Positions 35,344-41,795 of a stretch of DNA of 41,795 nt are shown here, one piece after another (within the stretch, counting starts at the first letter, position 1; the number at the start of each line of letters is the position of its first letter). The stretch spans positions 1 through 41,795 of the forward strand of contig CAYIDV010000002.1 of assembly GCA_964362315.1 (NCBI GenBank). Reading direction: 5' to 3'. The notes under the pieces were generated by a model. That model was not told where the DNA came from. It saw only the letters and a list, made by a program, of their open reading frames with translations, and ran no database searches. The translations under genes were made by a program, and so were the position numbers. Source of the stretch: an uncultured Candidatus Saccharibacteria bacterium (GTDB taxonomy: Bacteria > Patescibacteriota > Minisyncoccia > Minisyncoccales > Staskawiczbacteraceae).

Positions 35344-35715
35344 TTAATTCTTTACCCTATTATAAATAACTCCCACAATTTTTGCTAAAATCATTACGCC
35401 TAAGGCAAAGATAAGCCAAAAGTCAAGTTCGTGTTTCAAACTTTGGATGATAATGCCAATCACCAATACTGCAGTACCTGAGAGAAAGGCAATTCTGCCA
35501 GCTATCATTTTATGCATACTTTCTCTTTCATCTCTTGATTTTTCTCTCCAAATAAAACTGGCAAAAACACTAAATACCAAAAGCAAACCCAATATCATCA
35601 TCATTAAAATAATATTAGGCATCCAAAATTCAAAGGGATTAAGAAACAGAATAAGGAGAATAATTAAAGTTAAGGATATAATTATTTCTTGTAAAAAGTT
35701 ATTTTTCATTTTCAT
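35344..35715 (-). CDS. Small integral membrane protein coupled to the XRE regulator
   Basis: The likely start is ATG 35715 (MKMKNNFLQ), overlapping the end of the upstream HTH gene. It has 3-4 TM helices. Confidence 0.6.
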   Translation of the reverse strand: MKMKNNFLQEIIISLTLIILLILFLNPFEFWMPNIILMMMILGLLLVFSVFASFIWREKSRDERESMHKMIAGRIAFLSGTAVLVIGIIIQSLKHELDFWLIFALGVMILAKIVGVIYNRVKN

Positions 35716-35917
35716 ATTTAATGTGAAAAACTTCTTCAACGGATTTTTTAAAAAATTTGGCAATTTTAAACGCCAAAAGCACCGAGGGAGTATAATTTCC
35801 CTTTTCAATAGCAATAATGGTCTGCCTTGTCACGCCAACCTCTTTTGCCAGTTCTTCCTGTGTAACTCCAATCTTGTTTCTCAATTGGTAAACTTGATTT
35901 GATATCAATTCTTTCAT
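35699..35917 (-). CDS. XRE-family helix-turn-helix transcriptional regulator
   Basis: 72 aa with [29 protein letters not shown]. Confidence 0.88.
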   Translation of the reverse strand: MKELISNQVYQLRNKIGVTQEELAKEVGVTRQTIIAIEKGNYTPSVLLAFKIAKFFKKSVEEVFHIKYENEK

Positions 35918-35934
35918 ACATAAAATTTGTTATT

Positions 35935-36009
35935 TGGTGCCCTCGACAGGAGTCGAACCTGTATTTCAAGTTTAGGAAACTCGCGTCCTATCCGTTGAAC
36001 GACGAGGGC
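35935..36009 (-). tRNA. tRNA-Arg(CCU) with an encoded CCA
   Basis: Acceptor GCCCTCG/CGAGGGC, anticodon arm CGAGT-TTCCTAA-ACTTG, T arm ACAGG-TTCGACT-CCTGT, discriminator A followed by CCA. Confidence 0.85.
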
Positions 36010-36104
36010 AGAATAGTTTCTCCTATAATATCTCAAAAATTAAGTGTTTGCAATGAATCTTAAAGTTATATATAATTAGATAAATTTAATTAAATTGTGA
36101 AAAT

Positions 36105-37139
36105 ATGACAAAATCGCCTATTGTTGAAATTGCAAAAAAATCTTGCCCGGCAGTAATAACAGTGGTAGTTTCCAAAGACTTGCCAAGAGTTGAAGAGTTT
36201 TATAGTTTTCCCTACGGAGGCAAAGAATATATCCTGCCAATGGCGGGAAAAGATGGACTAAACAAAATGGAAAAAACTCAGATTGGCGGAGGATCAGGAT
36301 TTATTATTTCTAAAGACGGTTATGTGATTACTTCAAACCACGTGGTAGCTGATACCACTGCCGAGTACACTGTTATCATAGACCCAAAACACAAACACCA
36401 GGCAAAGGTATTATCAAGAAATCCTATCAACGATATCGCCATATTAAAAATTGAAGGCGAAGACCTACCATATATTGAACTGCACGACTCAAATAAAATA
36501 GAGTTAGGCGAAGAAGTGGTTGCTATAGGAAATCCCTTGGGGGAGTTTCAAGATACCTTATCAGCCGGCATTGTATCTGGCTTGTCGCGCTATATCACGG
36601 CATTTGGAGGCATAGACCACCAAATGCAAAATTTAAGAGGTCTGATACAAACTGATGCCGCTATCAATCCGGGAAATTCCGGAGGACCTCTGGTTAATAT
36701 GGAAGGCAGGGTTATTGGAATCAACACGGCCATGATTATGGGTGCCGAAAATATCGGTTTTGCCATTCCTATAAATTACGCTAAAAAAGATTTGGCTGAG
36801 GTGCAAAAATACGGAAAAATAGTAATGCCATTTTTAGGAGTAAAGTACGTGCTGCTCAGCAAAGAAATGGCTAAAGCCAATAAATTGCCAGTGGAAGATG
36901 GGGCCTTGGTAGTAAGGGAAATACTGGGAGAGCCTCCGGTAATAAAAGATTCGGCAGCAGACAAAGCCGGTATAAAAGAATTTGATATTATATTAGAATG
37001 CAACAACCAGAAAATCACTCTTAAAAATCCGTTAGCCAATATTTTGCAAAAGTGTAAAATCGGCCAAACTACCGAGTTTAAAGTCCTAAGAGACGGAAAA
37101 GAAGTAATGCTCAAGGCAATACTTTCGGAAAAAGAATAA
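36105..37139 (+). CDS. htrA: HtrA/DegP-family serine protease with a PDZ domain
   Basis: Catalytic TSNHVV, NDIAILK and GNSGGPL motifs, plus a C-terminal PDZ-like region. Confidence 0.92.
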   Translation: MTKSPIVEIAKKSCPAVITVVVSKDLPRVEEFYSFPYGGKEYILPMAGKDGLNKMEKTQIGGGSGFIISKDGYVITSNHVVADTTAEYTVIIDPKHKHQAKVLSRNPINDIAILKIEGEDLPYIELHDSNKIELGEEVVAIGNPLGEFQDTLSAGIVSGLSRYITAFGGIDHQMQNLRGLIQTDAAINPGNSGGPLVNMEGRVIGINTAMIMGAENIGFAIPINYAKKDLAEVQKYGKIVMPFLGVKYVLLSKEMAKANKLPVEDGALVVREILGEPPVIKDSAADKAGIKEFDIILECNNQKITLKNPLANILQKCKIGQTTEFKVLRDGKEVMLKAILSEKE

Positions 37140-37140
37140 C

Positions 37141-37177
37141 AAAAAACAGCCCTTTGACTCTCTCGGGGCTGTTTTTT
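37141..37177. terminator. Intrinsic terminator after htrA
   Basis: AAAAAA-CAGCCC-13 nt-GGGCTG-TTTTTT. Confidence 0.7.
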
Positions 37178-37199
37178 ATTTCAAACTTAAAATTATTAA

Positions 37200-37427
37200 T
37201 TAAGATATAATTATATTTGCTCCAAAAAGAATGAATCTCTTTAGAATACCTTTTGTAGTATCTTTTGATAAATGGGTATGCCTTGGAATAGTTGTAATAA
37301 ATTTACCATCAACACTTTTAATTTTGTAATGTTTTTTGCCTAGCCCATCTACAAAACCACACTTTTTAGCAATTTTTAAAAGGTCGTCACAAGAACAGTC
37401 AGTTATTTTAACTTTTAATTCCTCCAT
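37200..37427 (-). CDS. hicA: HicA-family mRNA interferase toxin
   Basis: 75 aa. GKKHYKIKS..GKFITTIPRHTHLSKDTTKGILKR matches the YcfA/HicA pattern. Confidence 0.75.
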   Translation of the reverse strand: MEELKVKITDCSCDDLLKIAKKCGFVDGLGKKHYKIKSVDGKFITTIPRHTHLSKDTTKGILKRFILFGANIIIS

Positions 37428-37749
37428 CAGTGTTAATTAAGTTCAATTCTTTAGTTTCTTCTAAAACTGGAAATACATTAAAATGTTGGGCTACTTCTAT
37501 TGACGCAAGATAGTCTGGCATAAAAGAAAGATATTTTTCAGGTATTTCAAAATACGTTCTCACCGCATCATTTACCATTTCTATTAAACCAGAAAATGTA
37601 TCTGATTCTGTAAAACAACCCGTAAAAGTAATTACTTCTGCACAATACTTACCATTATTAGAACGGTGAACTCTTACCGTAATTTTATTAGGAAATAAGC
37701 TACGCAATTCATTTATTTTTTTTATATTTTCTTTTGTTATTTTTTTCAT
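37408..37749 (-). CDS. hicB: HicB-like (UPF0150) antitoxin
   Basis: 113 aa. GKYCAEVITFTGCFTESDTFSGLIEMVNDAVRTYFE matches the HicB N-terminal fold pattern. It overlaps hicA by 20 nt. Confidence 0.7.
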   Translation of the reverse strand: MKKITKENIKKINELRSLFPNKITVRVHRSNNGKYCAEVITFTGCFTESDTFSGLIEMVNDAVRTYFEIPEKYLSFMPDYLASIEVAQHFNVFPVLEETKELNLINTDGGIKS

Positions 37750-37895
37750 ATTTTTATAATACTTGTTTCTTTATATTTATAATAGACCATATACTAATCC
37801 TATGCAATTAGTTTGTCAATATTTTAAACTATCGGCTAATTAAATGGGGTATCTCTATCTTTGAAGGAAATACAAATTCCATACTTAAGCAATAA

Positions 37896-38675
37896 TTACA
37901 ATTGCACCTTTGAAAATTGGTATGCTCCAATGATGAGTACTACTAAAGTTACCCCACACAAAACTGCGATGCTGAGAACTGGAGAAAATATACTTACTCC
38001 ACCAAAAGCGTAACGCAAACCATCAACTCCATAAGAAAAGGGGTTGATTTTTGTTAAGAAACTTAACACAACCGGCAGACTATTAAGCGGGAAAATGGCT
38101 CCGGAGAGGAAAAATAATGGCTGAACTAAAAAGTTAAAAATTAAGGGAAACCCTTGCATGTCGTCAAGACGAACTGCAATAGCCGATCCCATACTAGATG
38201 ACAAAAGTGCCACCAAAAACAAAAAAAGGAAAGCTAAGGGCAAGCTTGCTATATTAACAGGCCTAAAACCGGCAATCAGTGTAATTAAAAATACTAAAGT
38301 TCCCTGAATCATAGCTACCGTAGTCCCTCCCAATACCTTTCCCAAAAGAATTTGAAATCTGGGAACCGGTGCCACAAGAGTTTCTTTTAAAAAACCGAAT
38401 TGTTTGTCCCAAATTATTTCAAGACCGGTAAAAATTGATGTAAAAAGCACCGTCATTACAATAATTCCGGGCGCTAAAAACTGGATATAGTCGCCTCCGC
38501 CAGCTTTAGCAAATACCGGACTTAATCCAAATCCAATTGCCAAAAGAAAAATAATTGGTTGCCCCAAGGCCCCTACAATGCTGGCTTTTTTCCTTATAAA
38601 GCGCTTTAATTGGCGCAACCATAGAATATATATAGCAGTCACGGTAAAAATTACAAATCCTAAATTACAAATCAC
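37896..38675 (-). CDS. ABC-2 type transporter permease
   Basis: 259 aa with six hydrophobic helices and an N-terminal LWLRQLKRFIRKK motif. The start is uncertain because the first codons lie inside the 38655..38775 palindrome. Confidence 0.85.
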   Translation of the reverse strand: MICNLGFVIFTVTAIYILWLRQLKRFIRKKASIVGALGQPIIFLLAIGFGLSPVFAKAGGGDYIQFLAPGIIVMTVLFTSIFTGLEIIWDKQFGFLKETLVAPVPRFQILLGKVLGGTTVAMIQGTLVFLITLIAGFRPVNIASLPLAFLFLFLVALLSSSMGSAIAVRLDDMQGFPLIFNFLVQPLFFLSGAIFPLNSLPVVLSFLTKINPFSYGVDGLRYAFGGVSIFSPVLSIAVLCGVTLVVLIIGAYQFSKVQL

Positions 38676-38775
38676 AAATAAATCCTAAATTCTAATGACT
38701 AAAATTCAAAACGTGTTTTGAATTTAGAATTTTGTATTTTGATATTGTTTGTGATTTGTAATTTGTAGTTTGGGA
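38655..38775. repeat. Imperfect palindrome of about 110 nt between the ABC ATPase and permease genes
   Basis: The centre is AAATTCAAAAC-gt-GTTTTGAATTT. The outer arms are ACAAATCACAAA and TTTGTGATTTGT. Confidence 0.75.
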
Positions 38776-38784
38776 TTTAATACA

Positions 38785-39573
38785 TTATCTCATTAACTTA
38801 TTGCTGATTCTCATTTGGTTTAATCCTACATTTCCCTCCTCTTTCCTTATTTTACTGCCGGTAAGCTTGATAAAGGCATCTTCAAGTTTTTTAGTTTTAG
38901 CCTTTTTAATAATTTCTTTAATAGTGCCAATGATAAGAATTTTTCCGTGGTCAATAATTGCCACTCTTTGGGCTGTTCTCTCAACTTCCTCCATATGATG
39001 AGTGGTAAAAAAAATAGTAATCCTTTCTTTTTTATTTAAATTTTTAATGTAGGTCCAGATATGGTTTCTTGTTTGGGGATCAAGGCCCAAAGTCGGCTCA
39101 TCCAAAAAAAGCACTTTAGGATGATGCAGCAATCCTCTAGCAATTTCTAATCTTCTTTTCATTCCTCCAGAAAAATTTTTTACGAAAGAATCCTTACGAT
39201 CAAACAACTCCACCAGTTCCAGTAGCTCCATAATACGCTTTTGATAAATTGATTTTGGAAGCCCGTAAAGAATAGCGTGAAATTGCATATTTTCAAAGGC
39301 AGTAAGCTCATTGTCTAAACTGGGGTCTTGAAAAACAATACCAAAAGATTTTCTTGTTTCATTGGGATTTTCAGACACATTGTGATTATTGAGAAATACC
39401 TCGCCATTAGTAGGCTTTAGAAGAGTAGTAAGCATTTTTATGGTGGTGGTTTTTCCAGCTCCATTAGGCCCTAAAAAAGCGAAAATTTCTCCTTTTTTCA
39501 CATTAAAGCTTATGTTGTCAACTGCGGTAAAATTCCCAAATTTTTTGGTCAGATTTTTTGTTTCAATGATCAT
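38785..39573 (-). CDS. ABC transporter ATP-binding protein
   Basis: Walker A GPNGAGKTT, signature FSGGMKRR, Walker B LFLDEPT. Confidence 0.95.
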   Translation of the reverse strand: MIIETKNLTKKFGNFTAVDNISFNVKKGEIFAFLGPNGAGKTTTIKMLTTLLKPTNGEVFLNNHNVSENPNETRKSFGIVFQDPSLDNELTAFENMQFHAILYGLPKSIYQKRIMELLELVELFDRKDSFVKNFSGGMKRRLEIARGLLHHPKVLFLDEPTLGLDPQTRNHIWTYIKNLNKKERITIFFTTHHMEEVERTAQRVAIIDHGKILIIGTIKEIIKKAKTKKLEDAFIKLTGSKIRKEEGNVGLNQMRISNKLMR

Positions 39574-39589
39574 TAGATATTATTTATAA

Positions 39590-40771
39590 TCACTTAAAAA
39601 TTGCTTCTTTGGTGTATAAATTCAAGGGATTCCAAAGCATAAATCCATTAAAATTTTGCCCCATTGAATCTTCAACTGCTTTTATTTGCTGCTTTACCAT
39701 ATCTGTGTTATAAACGGTACCCAAGGTAAAATCTTGGAGCCAGGGCCTTATTTTTGCCAGTTTTCTATTTGATTCTTTAATGCCTGCCGTCTGAATTTTA
39801 ACATAAGATACCTGCTTTAAAAGTGCTCCATCCATTGAATATTTTACTACTTGATATGGATATTCTGAGGGATTTTTGTAACCAATAAATCCTGTGGCGT
39901 AATGAGAAGGATAAAGCATTGGGCAAACATAATCAAAATAATCAAAAGAGTCCTCAATTATTTGGCCTATGCCCAAATCATCACTTTTTATAGTAGTCAA
40001 GCCAAAAATATCAACTGATATTTTAGCGCTCGGAATAGATTCTCTAAGTCGTTGGTAGAAATCTTTTATAACTAAATTTTTGGGAGTTGCCTCATCAAAA
40101 AAGGGAAATCCCATGTCTTTTAATTTGCCGTCAGAGGGGAACCTGATATAGTCAAAATTTATTTCATCAAAGCCGTAAGCCAAGGCATCTTTGGCAATTG
40201 AAATGTTGTAATCTTGAACTTCTTTTGAGGCCGGGTCAACCCAATACATTCCATTTTTATCCTGCCACAAAACGGGCTTTGATTTGTCTTCCGTTCCGGC
40301 TTTGTTGTAAACAGCTAAATCAGGGCGTTTTTGGGCTAAATTATAATCTTTAAAAACAACTTGTCTGGCAATCACATAAATTCCCTTGTTGTGAAGATAT
40401 CTTATGAGCTCTTTAATATTGGGAATTGCCCTTACATAATTTCCGTACTCCTTAACTTTTTGGTCTCTGGTTTTGTAAAGAACATTACCCGAAACGTCTT
40501 TTATGTCAATTACAACGGCGTTAATCTGAGTTGTTTTAAAAATATCGTCTAAGTAACTAATATAATTCTTTGAGCCAGCCGACCAGCCGGTGGCATAAAC
40601 AGCTTTTATTACAGATGGGGGATTTGGCAACTTTTGTGGCAAATTTTTAAAATCATATCCAACAAAGCTTGATAAAAAATCCATTTCGTCATTAACAAAA
40701 TAAAGCCCTAAAACAAAGAATGATATTACCAATGATAAAACAACAAAATTTTTCTTACTTAAGAGTTCCAT
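39590..40771 (-). CDS. Putative glycoside hydrolase (DUF4015/GHL-type TIM barrel), membrane-anchored
   Basis: 393 aa with an N-terminal TM helix, IKAVYATGWSAG, INAVVIDIKD and FDEINFDYIRFP. Confidence 0.7.
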   Translation of the reverse strand: MELLSKKNFVVLSLVISFFVLGLYFVNDEMDFLSSFVGYDFKNLPQKLPNPPSVIKAVYATGWSAGSKNYISYLDDIFKTTQINAVVIDIKDVSGNVLYKTRDQKVKEYGNYVRAIPNIKELIRYLHNKGIYVIARQVVFKDYNLAQKRPDLAVYNKAGTEDKSKPVLWQDKNGMYWVDPASKEVQDYNISIAKDALAYGFDEINFDYIRFPSDGKLKDMGFPFFDEATPKNLVIKDFYQRLRESIPSAKISVDIFGLTTIKSDDLGIGQIIEDSFDYFDYVCPMLYPSHYATGFIGYKNPSEYPYQVVKYSMDGALLKQVSYVKIQTAGIKESNRKLAKIRPWLQDFTLGTVYNTDMVKQQIKAVEDSMGQNFNGFMLWNPLNLYTKEAIFK

Positions 40772-40780
40772 TTTTTTATT

Positions 40781-40851
40781 GAGCGGGTAAGGGGAGTCGA
40801 ACCCCTGTCAACAGGTTGGAAACCTGTAGTAATACCGTTATACGATACCCG
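40781..40851 (-). tRNA. tRNA-Gly(UCC)
   Basis: Acceptor GCGGGTA/TACCCGC, anticodon arm ACAGG-TTTCCAA-CCTGT, T arm AGGGG-TTCGACT-CCCCT, discriminator U. Confidence 0.88.
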
Positions 40852-40970
40852 CAAAGTACAAATTTCTTTAAAATTTTATCGCGTAAACCGCGTTGTCGCG
40901 GTAATGCGACTTACGTGGCGTTGCTGGGACGTTTAATTTTTATAGAAAATTATTACGTCCCGCATTAATG

Positions 40971-41041
40971 TCGGGGTGCTGGGATTTGAACCCAGACTAA
41001 ATCGTCCCAAACGACTCGTGCTGCCGTTACACTACACCCCG
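40971..41041 (-). tRNA. tRNA-Pro(UGG)
   Basis: Acceptor CGGGGTG/CACCCCG, anticodon arm AGTCG-TTTGGGA-CGATT, T arm CTGGG-TTCAAAT-CCCAG, discriminator A. Confidence 0.85.
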
Positions 41042-41109
41042 TGGTATGAATAATATCCTAAAAAATACAACTTGTCAAAGCAGAAAAAATATGATAATCT
41101 TTGGATTAA

Positions 41110-41181
41110 GCCCTCGTAGTTAAATGGATATAATGAGACCCTTCTAAGGTTTAGTTGCAGGTTCGATTCCTGCCGAGGGCA
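41110..41181 (+). tRNA. tRNA-Arg(UCU)
   Basis: Acceptor GCCCTCG/CGAGGGC, anticodon arm AGACC-CTTCTAA-GGTTT, T arm GCAGG-TTCGATT-CCTGC, discriminator A. Confidence 0.88.
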
Positions 41182-41347
41182 CATTTAAACTGAAATATTA
41201 ATTTTTATATTTTATTTTAAATTTTAGCCTTTTAGGAAAGGAATCGAACCCACAAAGGGGGTCTGGGAAATTGGGTATTTCCCCGTATAGGAAATTATTC
41301 AAAACCGAGGGTTTTGAAGGAGCGAAGCGACTGGTTCTAGCGAAGCG

Positions 41348-41364
41348 GATTCCTGCCGAGGGCA
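41348..41364 (+). repeat. Displaced copy of the tRNA-Arg(UCU) 3' end (att-like direct repeat)
   Basis: GATTCCTGCCGAGGGCA is identical to 41165-41181 (17 of 17). It is preceded by GGTTC and a duplicated AGCGAAGCG. Confidence 0.85.
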
Positions 41365-41568
41365 ATACATCAATCTGTGGATTGTGTATCTTTACCGTAC
41401 GGCTCGAAACCATTTCCTGAAAAATTGCTGACGCAATTTTGAAACTTCTCCAAATCCGCTCGGTTGCGGCGGAAGGAGGGGGTTGGGGGGAGGAATTCCG
41501 CCGCACCCTTGCTTCGGAAAAATTTTCAGAATTGGCGGGCTTCAACCTAATAAAAAAGTATTTTGAGA

Positions 41569-41600
41569 ACAGAAATTCGAAAGAATTTCTGTTTGCGTTT
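41569..41600 (+). terminator. Intrinsic terminator
   Basis: ACAGAAATTC-gaaa-GAATTTCTGT followed by TTGCGTTTT. Confidence 0.7.
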
Positions 41601-41605
41601 TGGGC

Positions 41606-41658
41606 TTGACGCCAAGCCAATAATAATGTAGGATACGATGTCAGATCAGGTGATCTGA
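41606..41658 (+). promoter_or_regulatory. Sigma-70-type promoter TTGACG-17 nt-TAGGAT followed by an 8-bp-arm operator palindrome
   Basis: The -35 element is at 41606-41611 and the -10 element at 41629-41634 with a 17-nt spacer. TCAGATCA-gg-TGATCTGA is at 41641-41658. Confidence 0.6.
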
Positions 41659-41701
41659 ATTTGCTCTTTCCAAAATCAAAAAACCGAAAGGAGGTGTAGC
41701 C

Positions 41702-41795
41702 GTGAAGGGTACTTGTGATGTCTGCGGACAACGCAGAACTGTCCACAAAAATCGTAAGACCGGCAAAGCCATCTGTCCGAACTGCTATCGCAAAG
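41702..41795 (+). CDS. Partial CDS (5' end) encoding a zinc-ribbon-like protein
   Basis: The GTG is preceded by AAAGGAGG with a 7-nt spacer. Translation gives (M)KGTCDVCGQRRTVHKNRKTGKAICPNCYRK, with two CxxC pairs. The CDS runs off the window. Confidence 0.6.
   Translation, partial: MKGTCDVCGQRRTVHKNRKTGKAICPNCYRK

Larger units (their letters stand above)
41365..41795. mobile_element. Possible edge of an integrated element or foreign segment next to the tRNA-Arg att-like repeat
   Basis: GC is visibly higher than the backbone. The segment has a terminator, a consensus promoter, an operator palindrome and a strong SD, which contrasts with native gene starts. Confidence 0.35.

Noticed and set aside
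40852-40970. Possible small RNA gene in the GC-richer spacer between tRNA-Gly and tRNA-Pro.
   Set aside because: There are two local hairpins (GGGACGT...ACGTCCC and ACCGCG-ttgt-CGCGGT), but nothing resembles known RNA families. It is most simply a structure in the precursor spacer.
41198-41746. 182-aa minus-strand ORF at the right edge.
   Set aside because: It runs through tRNA-fragment debris, the att-like repeat, a terminator hairpin and the plus-strand promoter and SD. It has no start context.
1-41795. Alternative genetic code (UGA recoding, as in some CPR lineages).
   Set aside because: Long conserved genes are intact under the standard code, and nrdA terminates at TGA at the expected C-terminal CxxC tail.

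Overview
The window is 41.8 kb of a gene-dense, AT-rich bacterial chromosome. Hand counts on 60-nt lines give about 22-37% GC. Most native genes have no Shine-Dalgarno sequence, tRNAs are short and mostly lack an encoded CCA, and there is a tandem array of VirB2/TrbC-like pilins. By inference this fits a reduced CPR/Patescibacteria-type genome. Most genes are on the minus strand. The housekeeping backbone is ftsH, rpsA, gyrA, valS, tsaD, recG, a class I ribonucleotide reductase operon, a CcdA/thioredoxin cluster, htrA, an ABC-2 exporter and 11 tRNA genes.

The features that stand out are:
1. Two GC-rich foreign blocks (about 3033-4330 and 4800-6745; 55-70% GC on sampled lines) carry their own SD sites and terminators. 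They lie in a co-directional cluster between ftsH and rpsA. Its recognisable members all point to RNA 3'-end chemistry: a 2H phosphoesterase-like protein, a protein with a cold-shock-like OB domain, two MYG1/DHH paralogs, and an AbiEii/DUF1814 nucleotidyltransferase with a small partner.
2. The nucleotidyltransferase cassette is bracketed by a duplicated rpsA 3' end.
3. A 53-nt two-hairpin module with covarying stems sits inside split T-loop-like flanks. It occurs three times next to tRNA-Arg(GCG) and tRNA-Ser(CGA), twice within a perfect 90-bp tandem repeat that re-copies the tRNA-Ser 3' end.
4. Pseudo-tRNA 5' fragments lie directly upstream of two tRNAs. A displaced tRNA-Arg(UCU) 3' end is followed by a GC-rich segment with a consensus promoter, an operator and an SD-led CDS at the right edge.
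5. tRNA-Ile(UAU) and tRNA-Arg(GCG) are unusual decoders for a bacterium.
6. A stand-alone sigma-70 region-4 protein sits between nrdA and nrdB, and NrdB has R2c-type substitutions.
7. Several dispersed palindromic intergenic repeat families are present.

All calls come from reading the sequence and the ORF track by eye. No searches were run.
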